From Yuukianura sp. NJ FZ-2021 (Eukaryota), in contig CM102288.1 in the NCBI GenBank assembly GCA_046563655.1, positions 5,890,001-5,954,000 of the forward strand: a stretch of 64,000 nucleotides of DNA, read 5' to 3'. The position numbers and the translations under genes are program-made. Below the pieces are notes generated by a model. It had not been told where the DNA came from, made no database searches, and saw nothing but the letters and a program-made list of their open reading frames with translations. Positions 51,400-63,901 of the stretch are shown piece by piece (within the stretch, counting starts at the first letter, position 1; each line of letters starts with the position of its first letter).

Positions 51400-54019
51400 C
51401 TATGCCCGAGAAACAAACTTGACTACGCATGGTCTTGGAAGGATTGTGAGTGTTGCTGCTCCAGGTTCGATTGAAGGTTCTTGACCTTCCTTGACCTCAA
51501 GTGAGAACGTCGACAAGAGAGAAATCATAAACCGAAATAAAACGTCCATGGCCATTGTTTCTCCTGGACAAATTCGTTTTCCTGTAGCGTAAAAAAAACA
51601 AAAAATTAGTTATGTAATATGTAATTTTAACTCCTTGACTCACCGAATCCAAAGCAGCTTGCTCGTTCCTTCTTTTCTTGATTCAAGGTCATTCCATCCG
51701 GGTTAAAAAATCGCTCCGGTCGGAATTGTTCTGGGTCACCCCAATAGGCAGAATCGAACATGACGGGACGCAAGTTGTAGAGAATGCAAGTGCCTTTGGG
51801 GATGACGTAGTTGTCGTACTCGATGTCGCAAGTCGCTTGTCGCGGTGGTGGAATAGTCGCAAATGGGCAATGTCGCATCACCTCCAAAATAGTAGCGATA
51901 GTGTAAGGCATTCTACATAAAAACTCAAATTTGTGAACAACCCAAGGCGGATAAACAAAGAAATACTTTTTCTTTAACAGGTTAGGCAATAACACGAGTT
52001 TTAAGTTTTTTGCAAAAAAAAATCTCAAAACTGAATTCACGTAGTTTCAATCGCGGTAGACATGGTAAACGGAATTAAAAAATTCGGAGAGATTGCAAAT
52101 TCAAAGTGGAAAAAGAATCAAAGGTAGAAAACAAAACAAAACAGGTAAACATTGTTTGACTCAAGATTTTACGAAAACAGGACTTATTGCCTAGCCTGAT
52201 AAAGGAGAACTATTTTGTTGCTATAGCAACCTTGTCAAAAACTAAAATGTGTAAATTTTGTAATTAAAAAAAACAGTACTTGTTTGTAGCAGTGAGTGGT
52301 ATGTATTTTGATCCATTATCTGAAACGTTCAAAATTTCTTTACGCGCTCATTTTTGAACTTCTGGAAACAATGTGAGGTAGATCACAGTCCAATTCATGA
52401 CGGTACTCGTAGTTTCGCTTCCTCCCAGAAACAGATCCATCAGAACAGTAATTAGCTGTTCCTCTGTTCCAAAATGTTAAAAAAAAAACTTCGAAAAAAA
52501 ATCAAATTTTTTCAAAAAGTTATTGCTGTACCGGTCATGTTCGTGTTGGGATTCCCACGATTTTTTTCAATTTCGTCTAGAAAAACTTCCACAAAGCTTT
52601 GCGCCTTCTGGTCACCTCGCGCTCGTCGTTTGACTTTAGCGTCTTCCACTAAATCCTGCCATCAAAAATCTTCTTTTACTAAAATTTGAACTTTTTCAAA
52701 TTTTTTTTAAAAATTTTACCTCCATGACCTTCCAGCACGTTTTGTTAATTTCTTCTTGGCGTCTGTATCCACTCATTTCTGGAAAAATTTTGAGAAACGG
52801 AAAAGCTGTGAGGAGATTTGTGGGGCGCAGAATTTCGAAAACTTTGTTGTTGACATCGACGTGTCGCTGGATAAATTCAGACTTGGGGTCAAACCGGTAG
52901 CCACCAACCGAACTCCACACGATATTGATCGCAGCAATACCGAACCGAATCGAGTCTAGTGCCCACACTCCGTCGGTATTTTCCGAACTGTGCCGAATGT
53001 CGTCCATCAAGAAATCCATTTCTTCCTGAATCGTTTCATCGTTTCCTTTCTTTGCAAATCCAAAATCACGCAACTTGCGTACCGTAAATCTCCTTACATC
53101 GACCCATGCGTCATCAAATGACCAAATAATTCCTAAAAGCACATTTTAAAGCAGTTCACAAATTTTAATGCAATTTATAATTCCGTTTTGGTGTTGTTTC
53201 TACTAAAAGTGAACAAATTTTAAATTAAAGAATACAAACCTAAAGAATATATTTTGAAAGTTGCTGTACCTAAATTTTGTCCGTTGGTTCTCTGCTTTGC
53301 AAAGAGAGATTTGTGCCGTTGGAGATTAAATTCCGGTCGCTTGAGCAAGTCCTTCATAATTTCAAATTTGGAAATTACAACTGAAAAGAAAATTTTGAGA
53401 TTACTAAAAATACATATGGCGACGTTTAATTTTGATTCTCATGTGAATTCGGCAGACTAGCTTGTTTTTTTTTCTACATGTAATGTAATGCAACTAAGGA
53501 GCTTTATGTAAATTCATTCATGAATAGTTTACACATGTAGGTGCGACTAATGTAATTGGGGTTATGTGTTAGTTGTTTATTGTAAAGGCTAATGTAGTTG
53601 AGGTGTTACCTGCGTAGGTGACACCCAACCCAATTGACATGACATCTCCATAGATGGCGCTTAGTCCCATTACCTGACGAAATGGATACTCCTTGTCTAT
53701 TTGCATCATCTGTGGAATACATCCAAGAATTGGCCAACGGAATGGACCTAAAACGTGTTATACGTAAAACATAGTATACATAACATCGTACACATAATAT
53801 AAAAATATGTAGGTGTAATATGTATTCAGTATATGTATATTTTACGGTAAACATACTGTATATATAGTTTAATAGTTGTTGAGGTTGAAGGTCATTTATG
53901 CCTTAGCAACAGTGAATTTTACCTGGCGGAAGCTTTCTGCGTTGTTTTATAGTTTTCCATGAGAACAAAATCAGCGTCGCGATAAACAGCACAAATAGAA
54001 TAACAAATGGTCCCACCAT
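51400..54019 (-). pseudogene. Cytochrome P450 (clan-2-like) copy 1 with an in-frame nonsense codon
   Basis: Full exon set (LPPGP, WVDVRRF, EVMR, PERF, FGFG|KRICPG), but FPEVQK is followed by TGA at 52348-52350 where paralogs have CGA. Confidence 0.85.
51943..52234. mobile_element. MITE, CAAGG...CCTTG family (copy of 6064-6353), in a CYP intron
   Basis: Near-identical to 6064-6353 and absent from the equivalent intron of the CYP paralogs. Confidence 0.75.
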
Positions 54020-54627
54020 TTCGAAATTTTGAGAAGAACCTTGAGTGTAAATTTTTTTAGCTTTGAAAGTTTAAATTTTGTTAATGCACTGGAGGTACCA
54101 AACTTTTATATTGCCTGTGAGTCCAATGTGCAATTGCACTAAAACGCAAAATCTTCTGGACTATTAGCCCGCTGGTCTTTCCTTGTCTTTTTTTATAAAC
54201 CTCCAAATTATGGAGTTTTCCAAAAACATCTATGTAGTAGTGGTAGGGCAGGTTTCGAAGGACGCCAAAATTCAAAGCATTAATAGATACAGTCTTGATG
54301 CTCATCCATTTAGAAGTAACTAAAAAACAACCAAAAGTTTAACTGACTTTCCGTGTACACAAAATAAAACTGGAACCTTGTGCCGAAAACGTAAAAAAAA
54401 CTGGTTTTGAAAGCTTCTAACGAAAGTCCAAAGTTTTGTTTCCTTTCAACTGATTTGGTTGTATAGAATGTATATAGCGAAATGTATACGCAGAATTTAT
54501 ACTATGTATAAATATAATAAATTTCTACTTTATTGTTGATAAATATTGCAAATACGACCGAATTGGAAATTTGTTTGAAACAATAAAGTTCAAGAGAGGG
54601 AGAAATGTATATGTTATGAAGTGGTCC

Positions 54628-57244
54628 CTATGTCCGGAGAACAAACTTGACTACGCATGGTCTTGGCAGAATTGTGAGTGTTGCAGCTCCAGGTTCGAGT
54701 GTTGGTTCTTGACCTTTCTTGACCTCAAGTGAGAACGTCAACAGAAGAGAAACCACAAAACGAAACAGAGTGTCTATTGCCATTGTTTCTCCCGGACAAA
54801 CTCGTTTTCCTAAAAAATTCAAAATCTTAAAGTAAAAATTTCCAAAAACCGTAATTCTTGTATAACTGCACAACTGATGTAATACGTGATGTAACTGCAC
54901 GACTATTATAACTTTGACTTTGAGTACCCATAGTTAAAATTATAGTTATAATAATGTAGTACATGTGATATGATATAATGTAGTATACTATATATGTGAG
55001 TTTGAGTATATACTTAAAGTCATATATATATAGTCAAATATATATAGAGAGATATAGATAGAGTTATAGAAATAACACACCGAATCCAAAGCAACTGGCT
55101 CGTTCCCGCTTTTCTGCGTTCAAGCTCATTCTGTCCGGGTCAATAAATCTTTCCGGTCGAAATTGCTCTGGATCTCTCCAGTACAGAGGGTCTCCACACA
55201 TTCCACGGAGATTGTACATGACACAAGTTCCTTTCGGAATGATGTAATCCTCGTACGATACGTCGCACGTCGTTTGTCGCGGCAGCGGAAGAGTCACAAA
55301 CGGACAATGTCGCATCATCTCCAGAATAGTAGCGACAACGTACGGTAACCTATCACATTCAAAAATAATGACAAGCTGTGACGTTCACAGGTCATACGGC
55401 TTGAGAGACAAATCAAGAGTGTGTAGAAAAATAAGCGACCGAATGGGATTCGAACCCACATCTCTTCTTTCCGGGAAGCACTCTAACCCTTGAGCTATCA
55501 TGCCCAGCCTAAAAACTCTCATTCCCAAACGCCACAGACCTCAAACGTCAAATTTCCAAAATTGTTTCAAGTATGATAAAATTTCAATACTTGTTTGTGG
55601 CAGTGAGCGGAATGTATTTTGATCCATTTTCTGAAACGTTCAAAATTTCTTCACGCGCTCGTTTTTGAACTTCTGGAAACAAAGTGAGGTAAATCACAGT
55701 CCAGGTCAATGCTGTACCAGTAGTTTGAGTTCCCGCCAAAAATAGGTCCATCAGAACAGTAACTAGCTGCTCATCTGTACAAAATTTCAAAAAAATTTCA
55801 AGATTCATTTTTTTTAACAGAATTTTTAAAAATGAAGCTCACCGGTCATTTTTGTATTGGGATTCCCACGATTTTTTTCAATTTCATCGAGAAAAATTTC
55901 AACAAGGTTCTCTGCTTTCTGATCACTTCGTTCCTGTCTTTTGACTTTTGCGTCTTCCACTAAATCCTGCAACAAAAGTCCAAGTATTTTGAAATTTTGG
56001 GTTTCAATTTTTAATTTTGACACTTTTTTGAATTTTGAAATCAAAATTTACCTCCATGACTTTCCAGCAAGTTTTGTGAATTTCTGCATGACGCTTGTAT
56101 CCGCTCAATCTCGGAAAAATTTTAAGAAACGGAAAAACTGTAAGAAGATTTGTTGGTCTCAGAATTTCAAAAATTTCACAGTTGAAATTGATGTGTCTTT
56201 TGATAAATTCGCTTCCTGGGTCAAATCTGTATCCCACAATGGAACTCCAAACAACATTTAACGCAGCGACTGAAAACCGATTTTGATCGAGTGCCCACAC
56301 TCCGTCGGAAGCCTCCGAACTCTTCCGAATGTCCTTCATCAAAAAATCCATTTCTTCTTGAATTGCTTTGTCGCTTCCTTTCTTCCCAAATCCAAAATCC
56401 CTCAATTTTCGTACCGTAAATCTCCGAATTTCAGCCCAAGTTTCATCGGTTGAAAAAATGATGCCTAGATGAAAATAGAAACTTTCAAGATGTGATTCAT
56501 GTGTGTATAATAATATTGATATAGGTAATTATGAAGTATTTCGTAGTTTATAAAATTATATAATAAAATTTTCCTTTACAAATTTAATATTTACTATACC
56601 TAAGTTTTTTCCGTTGGTTCTCTGTTCTCCAAATTGAAATTTGCAGCGCGCGAGGTTGAATTCGGGCCGCTTGAATAACTCTTTTACGATCTCAAATTTT
56701 GAAATTACAACTGGAAATAAAATTTTGAGTTAAAAAATATAGTGCTCAAAACAAACCGAATTTAATGCATTGCATATAGTTGAAAGTAATGCAAGGTAGT
56801 TGAATGGAATGAAATTTAATGTAATGTAGTTAATATAATGTAATTAATGTAATACAGTTCACGTAATGTAATTTAATGTAAAATTCCAAAATGTTAAGCA
56901 TGTGTTGTGTTGGTACCTGCGTAGTTGACGCCCAAGCCAACTGACATGATGTCTCCATAGATGGCGCTGAGCCCCAGCATCTGACGATGCAGATATTCTT
57001 TGTCTATTCGCATCATCTGAGGAATACATCCAAGAATTGGCCAACGGAATGGACCTTATTATTATATGATATTATCATATTATATAATATTTTATTATAC
57101 TATTATATAATATATCTCATACCAACGGGCACAATTTGTTTTACCTGGCGGTAATTTTTGGTGCCGTTTTGTGCTTTTCCAGGATAAGTGAAGTAGTGTT
57201 GCAATAAACAGGAGAAACAAAACAGTACCAAATACAGTGAACAT
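54628..57244 (-). CDS. Cytochrome P450 (clan-2-like) copy 2
   Basis: N-terminal anchor plus LPPGP, I-helix DLFLAGTQTT, EMMR, PERF and heme motif FGFG|KRVCPG. Confidence 0.9.
55390..55505 (-). mobile_element. tRNA-derived SINE-like element (intronic)
   Basis: Minus strand reads TAGCTCAAGGG (A box) ... GGTTCGAATCC (B box), then a T-run. Confidence 0.7.
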
Positions 57245-57887
57245 CTCGAAACGCTAAAAATCCAAATTTTATTTTGAATTTTAAATTTTTCTAAGAATTC
57301 GACGACTATGAGTTCTTTACTGAGGAACAATCGAGAACAACTTTTATATATGCAATGTCCAATTCGTGTAAAAAGTACGACAGAGCCTTTATATTTGATT
57401 TCTTTTTTCAAAACCAGAAAAGTGTGTTTTTCACAAACATTTTAATTGTATTACTTGTTTCATTTAACTTTGTGCATAAAGGACATTTATTTGAAAAAAA
57501 ATTCCTTTAATTGCAGAGTGTAATTAAGTTTTCATGAATTCAAGTTTTTGTGAGTAGGACAAACCAGTAATATAATTGAATTTGCATATTTAAAATTTAA
57601 AACAAGACACGAATGAAAAAAAAAATGTGGAAAACTAATTTTGGAAATTTTACCGTAAAACTCCCAATAGAACCCCAAACTTCAATTTGCACATTCCTAC
57701 TACTTATTGAGGTTTGCTGCAATTTGATTCACAGACTTGTATCTGAATGTTTACGGTTGACAGAAAAGCTTAAGTTCATCACTACCGTGCTACTTTATTC
57801 AAAATGATGTTAAAAATTCAAATGTTAAAACTGAGATTTTTGTTATCCAGAGTTCGAATAAAGGAGAATGTTTAGGTTATGAAGTGA

Positions 57888-60399
57888 TTACTTTGCCCGA
57901 GGAACAAATTTGACTACGCAAGGTCTTGGCAGAATTGTGATCGCTGCAATTCCAGGTTCGAGAGTTGGTTCTTGACCTTCCTTGACCTCAAGTGAGAACG
58001 TCAACAAGAGAGAAATCATAAACCGAAACAAAACGTCCATCGCCATTGTTTCTCCTGGACAAACCCGTTTTCCTGTAAAATAAAAAAATAACAACAAAAT
58101 TTCAATTTTATAACTTTTGTAATCTCACTTATGTAATGTAGCGTTCAGGGTCAAGTGGCTTGAGAGACAAAAAAATAATGAGCCGAGTCGGATTCGAAAC
58201 CATTTCTCTTCTATCTGGGAAGCACTTTAACCCTTGAGCTATGCGGCTCTATGTAACTGTGCAACTTGCGTAATAGATTGTTTTAGATAACTAACTCATG
58301 TAAGCCGCATTTTATGTAATCGTACATAATGTTGTAGATATGTACTATGTAATTTAAACTCTTTGACTCACCGAATCCAAAGCAGCTTGCTCGTTCCTTC
58401 TTTTTTTGATTCAAGGTTATTCCATCCTGGTTAAAAAATCGCTCCGGTCGGAATTGTTCTGGGTCACCCCAATAGGCAGCATCCACCAAGACGGGACGCA
58501 AGTTGTAGAGAATACAAGTTCCTTTGGGGATGACGTAGTTGTCGTACTCGATGTCGCAAGTCGTTTGTCGTGGTGATGGCATAGTCGCAAATGGGCAGTG
58601 ACGCATCATTTCCAGAAGAACGGCGACAGTGTACGGCATTCTACATAAAACTCAAATTCCTGAATGTTCAAAATTTGCAAATTTCGTAAAAAAAAAACTT
58701 TCTTTCTTTTTCAAATAAGTACTTGTTTGTGGCAGTGAGCGGTATGTATTTTGATCCATTTTGTGAAACGTTCAAAATTTCTTCGCGCGCTCGTTTTTGA
58801 ACTTCAGGAAACAAAGTGAGGTAGATCACAGTCCAAGCCATGGCGGTACTCGTAGTTTCGGTTCCAACCAGAAAAAGATCCATGAGAACAGCAATTAGCT
58901 GCTCCTCTGTTCAAAATTTTTTAAAAATAAAAAAAAATCATTTTTTGAAATTCCCGCTCTACCTGTCATGTTTGTGTTGGGATTCCCACGATTTTTTTCA
59001 ATTTTATCCAGAAAAACTTCGAGAAAACTTTGCGCTTCCTGGTCATTTCGCGCGAGTCTTTTGACCTTGGCATCCTGTACTAAATCCTGCAATCAACCAT
59101 GTTCAAAAAAAATTTACCTTTACGAAAATTTGCAAGTGTCAAACTTTTTTTTTTTTTCAAAATTTTACCTCCATAACCTTCCAGCATTTTTTGCTAATTT
59201 CCGTTTCACGTCTGTATCCACTCATTTCTGGAAAAATTTTGAGAAACGGGAAAGCTGTGAGTAGATTTGTGGGGCGCAGAATTTCGCAGACTTCTTTGTT
59301 GACATCGACGTGTCTCTTTATAAATTCGGAATCGGGATCAAACCGGTACCCACCAACCGAACTCCACACGATGTTGATTGTAGCAATACCGAACCGGCCC
59401 AAGTCGAGTGCCCAAACTCCGTCGGTATTTTCCGAACTGTGCCGAATGTCGTTCATCAAGAAATCCATTTCTTCCTGAATCGTTTCATCGTTTCCTTTCT
59501 TTGCAAATCCAAAATCACCCAACTTGCGTACCGTAAATCTCCGCACATCAACCCACACGTCATCATCTGTCCAAATAATTCCTAAAAGCACAGTGGTGCA
59601 AAATCAGCTCACAAATTTCACAGTGTAGTATAGTTTTAAGTGTTAACATTTAATTTGAATAAAAGTCAAAATTATTAATTCATAAATAATACGAACTTAT
59701 AAACTAAATTTTGAAAGCTGCCGTACCTAAACTTTTTCCATTGGTTCTCTTCTCCGTAAATAGTGATTTGTAACGTTGGAGGGTAAATTCTGGTCGCTTG
59801 AGTAAGTCCTTCATAATTTCAAATTTGGTAATTACAACTGAAATTTTTGAGTAAGTAATAGGAATTAAAAAAGATGAAAAACGTTGAGAATTTAACATCA
59901 TGTAACTGCTTGCATTATGTAATTGATGTAATGTATAGTTGGTTCTGTAAATACTAATGTAATTGACTTTGTACCTGCGTAGTTGACACCTAGCCCAAGT
60001 GACATGATATCTCCATAGATGGCGCTTAATCCCATTATCTGACGATACGGATATTCTTTGTCTATTTGCATCATCTGCGGAATACATCCAAGAATTGGCC
60101 AACGGAATGGACCTAGCATATTATGCACAAAACGTCTTATATACGTTTTATGAGTATTATACTTATATACTTATTCTATGTATGTATTTTATCTATATAA
60201 AGTATTATATCTACATATAGTTTGCATCTATAGCACATATATGCTACAAGGTCACCTGTCTCTTATAGCAACAGGGGACTCTTTGTTGTGTATCATTTTT
60301 ACCTGGCGGGAGTTTTCTGCGTTGTTGTATGGTTTTCCATGAGAAAAAAATCAGCGTTGCGATAAACAAAAGCAGAGGAATAACAAATGGACCCACCAT
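57888..60399 (-). CDS. Cytochrome P450 (clan-2-like) copy 3
   Basis: MVGPFVIPLL..LPPGP, DLFLVGTETT, EMMR, PERF and FGFG|KRVCPG. Confidence 0.9.
58147..58249 (-). mobile_element. tRNA-derived SINE-like element (intronic)
   Basis: 70-nt head at 58180-58249 with pairing ends gagccg/cggctc, plus A and B boxes. Confidence 0.7.
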
Positions 60400-60738
60400 T
60401 TCGAAATTTCGAAAAGAACTTTGTAAATTTCTTCAAAGTTTTGTCTTAGCAGTCGAGGTGCAATTCGTTTATATCAATACTGAATGCCGAAGGTGAAATT
60501 GTATTAAATACAAGGTCCACGAGCCGTTCCTTGTTCATTCTTATCATTAGCACAACCACTTTTAGTTTTCTAAAATACAATAGGTAATAAATTATGTACC
60601 TACAATGGTACATAAATGTAATGGCAGAATAGGTTTCCAAGGACAAAAATAAAGGACCGAAAAAGTCACGGAATTTTAAATTTGTGCGTCACAATAAAGT
60701 TCAAAAGAGAGAGAAATGTTAATGTTATAAAGTAATCT

Positions 60739-61264
60739 CTACATTCGAGGAACAAACTTGACTATGCATGGTTTTGGAAGAATTGTAAGCGTTGCAGCTC
60801 CAGGTTCAAGTGTTGGTTCTTGCCCTTCTTTGACCTCAAGTACGAAGGACAACAAAAGAGAAACCACAAAACGAAATAGAGTATCCATTCCCATTGTTTC
60901 TCCCGGACAAACGCGCTTTCCTAAAAAAATTCGAAATCTCAAAGTCGAAATTTCCAAAAAGCGTAATCCCTACTGATGTATGTGTATAACTCCCCGAATC
61001 CGAAACAGCTTGCTCGCTCCTTCTTCTCTGTGTTCAAGGTCGTTCCGTCTGGGTTAAGGAATCTTTCCGGCCGAAATTGTTCTGGATCTTCCCAATAAGC
61101 GGAATCCTCACAAAATGAGCGGAGATTGTACATGACACAAGAGCCTTTCGGAATGACATAGTCAGCATACGATACGTCGCACGTCGTTTGTCGCGGCAGC
61201 GGAAGAGTCACAAACGGACAATGTCTCATCACCTCCAAAATAGTAGCGACAACGTACGGCAATC
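60739..61264 (-). pseudogene. Cytochrome P450 copy 4, only the last two exons retained
   Basis: Exons resemble copy 2. The upstream intron breaks inside a SINE at about 61357 and joins sequence duplicated from 57403 onward. Confidence 0.85.
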
Positions 61265-61357
61265 TATGACAATGCAAAAATTATGACGAGCTGTGACGAT
61301 TTAGGTCACAGAGACGAAGACTAGAGTTTAGAAAAATAAAGCGACCAAGTGGGATTC

Positions 61358-62030
61358 TTTTTCAAAACCAGAAAAGTGTGTTTTTCACAAACATTTTAAT
61401 TGTATTACTTGTTTCATTTAACTTTGTGCATAGTAAAGGACATCTCCCTTGAAAAAAAATTCCTTTAATTGCAGAGTGTAATTAAGTTTTCATGAATTCA
61501 AGTTTTTGTGAGTAGGACAAACCAGTAATATAATTGAATTTGTATATTTAAAATTTAAAACAAGACACGAATGAAAAAAAAATGTGGAAAACTAATTTTG
61601 GAAATTTTACCGTATTACTCCCAATAGAACCCCAAACTTCAATTTGTATATTCCTACTACTTATTGAGGTTTGCTGCAATTTGATTCACAGACTTGTATC
61701 TGAATGTTTACGGTTTACAGAAAAGCTTAAGTTCATCACTACCGTGCTACTTTATTCAAAATGATGTTAAAAATTCAAATGTTAAAACTGAGATTTTTGT
61801 TATCCAGAGTTCGAATAAAGGAGAATGTTTAGGTTATGAAGTGATTACTTTGCCCGAGGAACAAATTTGACTACGCAAGGTCTTGGCAGAATTGTGATCG
61901 CTGCAATTCCAGGTTCGAGAGTTGGTTCTTGACCTTCCTTGACCTCAAGTGAGAACGTCAACAAGAGAGAAATCATAAACCGAAACAAAACGTCCATCGC
62001 CATTGTTTCTCCTGGACAAATTCGTTTTCC
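61358..62030. repeat. Recent segmental duplicate of about 57403-58075
   Basis: Near-identical intergenic sequence and CYP last exon. Confidence 0.9.
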
Positions 62031-63901
62031 TGTAGCGTAAAAAAAAAACAAAAAATTAGTTACGTAATATGTAATTTTAACTCCTTGACTCACCGAATCC
62101 AAAGCAGCTTGCTCGTTCCTTCTTTTCTTGATTCAAGTTCTTTCCATCCGGGTTAAAAAATCGCTCCGGTCGGAATTGTTCTGGGTCACCCCAATAGGCA
62201 GAATCGAACATGACGGGACGCAAGTTGTAGAGAATGCAAGTGCCTTTGGGGATGACGTAGTTGTCGTACTCGATGTCGCAAGTCGCTTGTCGTGGTGGTG
62301 GGAGAGTCGCAAAAGGGCAGTGACGCATCACTTCCAAAAGCGAAGCATGCCATTACATCGAAAAAAACGCATCGACACAATAGGCATCGACGTAAAAGAT
62401 ACCTCGATGTGTTTGCTTTATCGATGTCTTTTGTTTCGAGATCTTTTTTTCGATGCTTTTGTTTCGATGTCTTTTTTTTCGATGTATTGGCATGGACCCT
62501 CCAAAAGAACGGCGACAGTGTACGGCATTCTACATAAAGATAGTGAATGTTCAAAATTTACGAATTATGTAAAAAAAAAAGTTACAAAAAAAGAGTACTT
62601 GTTTGTATCAGTGAGCGGTATGTATTTTGATCCATTTTCAGAAACGTTCAAAATTTCTTCGCGCGCTCGTTTTTGAACTTCAGGAAACAAAGTGAGGTAG
62701 ATCACAGTCCATGCCATGACGGTACTCGTAGTTTCGGTTCCCACATTAAACAGATCCGTGAGAACAGCAATTAACTGCTCCGCTGTTCAAAATTTTCAAA
62801 AAAAAACTTTCTTTTTTTTAATATTGTTATCGCTCTACCTGTCATGTTGGTGTTGGGATTTCCACGATTTTTTTCAATTTCATCCAAAAAAACTTCCACA
62901 AAACTTTCCGCTTTCTGGTCACTTCGCGCGAGTCTTCTCACTTTCGCATCTTCTACAAAATCCTGTAATCAGAAATTTGAAGAACCCGCTTTTACTCAAA
63001 TCAGTAACTTTTCATATGTTTGTTTTTCTTTTTCAAAATTTTACCTCCATAACCTTCCAGCAAGTATTGGTAATTTCCTGTTGGCGTCTGTATCCACTTA
63101 CTTTTGGAAAAATTTTGAGAAAAGGGAAAACTCTCAGAAGGTTTGTAGGGCGTGCAATTTCGAAAACTTCTTGGTTGACGGCGACGTGTCTCTTGATAAA
63201 TTCGGAATTCGGGTCGAACCGGTACCCACCAACGGAACTCCACACGATATTGATCGCAGCAATACCGAGCCGGGTCAAGTCGAGTGCCCAAACTCCGTCG
63301 GTATTTTCTGAACTGTGCCGAATGTCGTTTATCAAGAAATCTATTTCTTCTTTAATCGTTTCATCGTTTCCTTTCTTTGCAAATCCAAAATCACCCAACT
63401 TGCGTACCGTAAATCTCCGCACATCGACCCACGTTTCATCATTTGCCAAAATAATTCCTAACAGTACAGTTCAAAATCAATTGTTAACATTTTACTGTCC
63501 AGTTTAATAATTTTTAACGTTCAGACCTGCCAAAAATATTTACTTAAAACCAACGAAATGTATAATTAAATATGATATTTACTGGAAAAGGTTAAAATAT
63601 TTACTAACCTAACATTAAGGGCATGGGAAAATAAACATGTAACAAATAGCTAGAAAATATTGATATATTTAACATTGTAGCTATGGGAACTAAATATTTT
63701 TGGCAGTTCTATAAACCTCAAGTCTAAAACAAAGTCAAAATTATTTGTCATAAAAACTAAAAACTAAATTTTGAAAGCTGCTGTATACCTAAATTTTTTC
63801 CTTTAGTTCTGAGCTCTCCAAAGAGAGTTTTGTAACGTTGGAGAGTGAATTCCGGTCGCTTGAATAAGTCCTTCATTATTTCAAATTTGGAAATCACAAC
63901 T
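61845..63901 (-). CDS. Cytochrome P450 (clan-2-like) copy 5, 5' end beyond the window; intact only if the 167-bp insertion is spliced out
   Basis: WVDVRRF, DLFNVGTETT, PERF and FGFG|KRICPG. The K-helix LLEVMR is interrupted by an insertion at 62341-62499. Confidence 0.75.
62341..62499. mobile_element. MITE inserted in a CYP exon (introner-like)
   Basis: 8-bp TSD tccaaaag (62333-62340 and 62500-62507). 22-bp inverted repeat catgccattacatcgaaaaaaa / tttttttcgatgtattggcatg. Internal catcga/tcgatg repeats. Confidence 0.88.
63523..63710. mobile_element. Small MITE-like element in a CYP intron
   Basis: Inverted repeat ctgccaaaaatattta (63527-63542 / 63691-63706). The paralogous intron is shorter. 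Confidence 0.55.

Noticed and set aside
55436..55505. Functional tRNA genes here and at 29421, 38374 and 58180
   Set aside because: There is no proper anticodon arm, the copies are diverged and they share a non-tRNA tail, so they are better explained as SINEs.
62716..63507. 263-aa plus-strand ORF and similar antisense ORFs over the CYP, IR and protease genes
   Set aside because: They are antisense shadows of real coding exons with no recognisable motifs.
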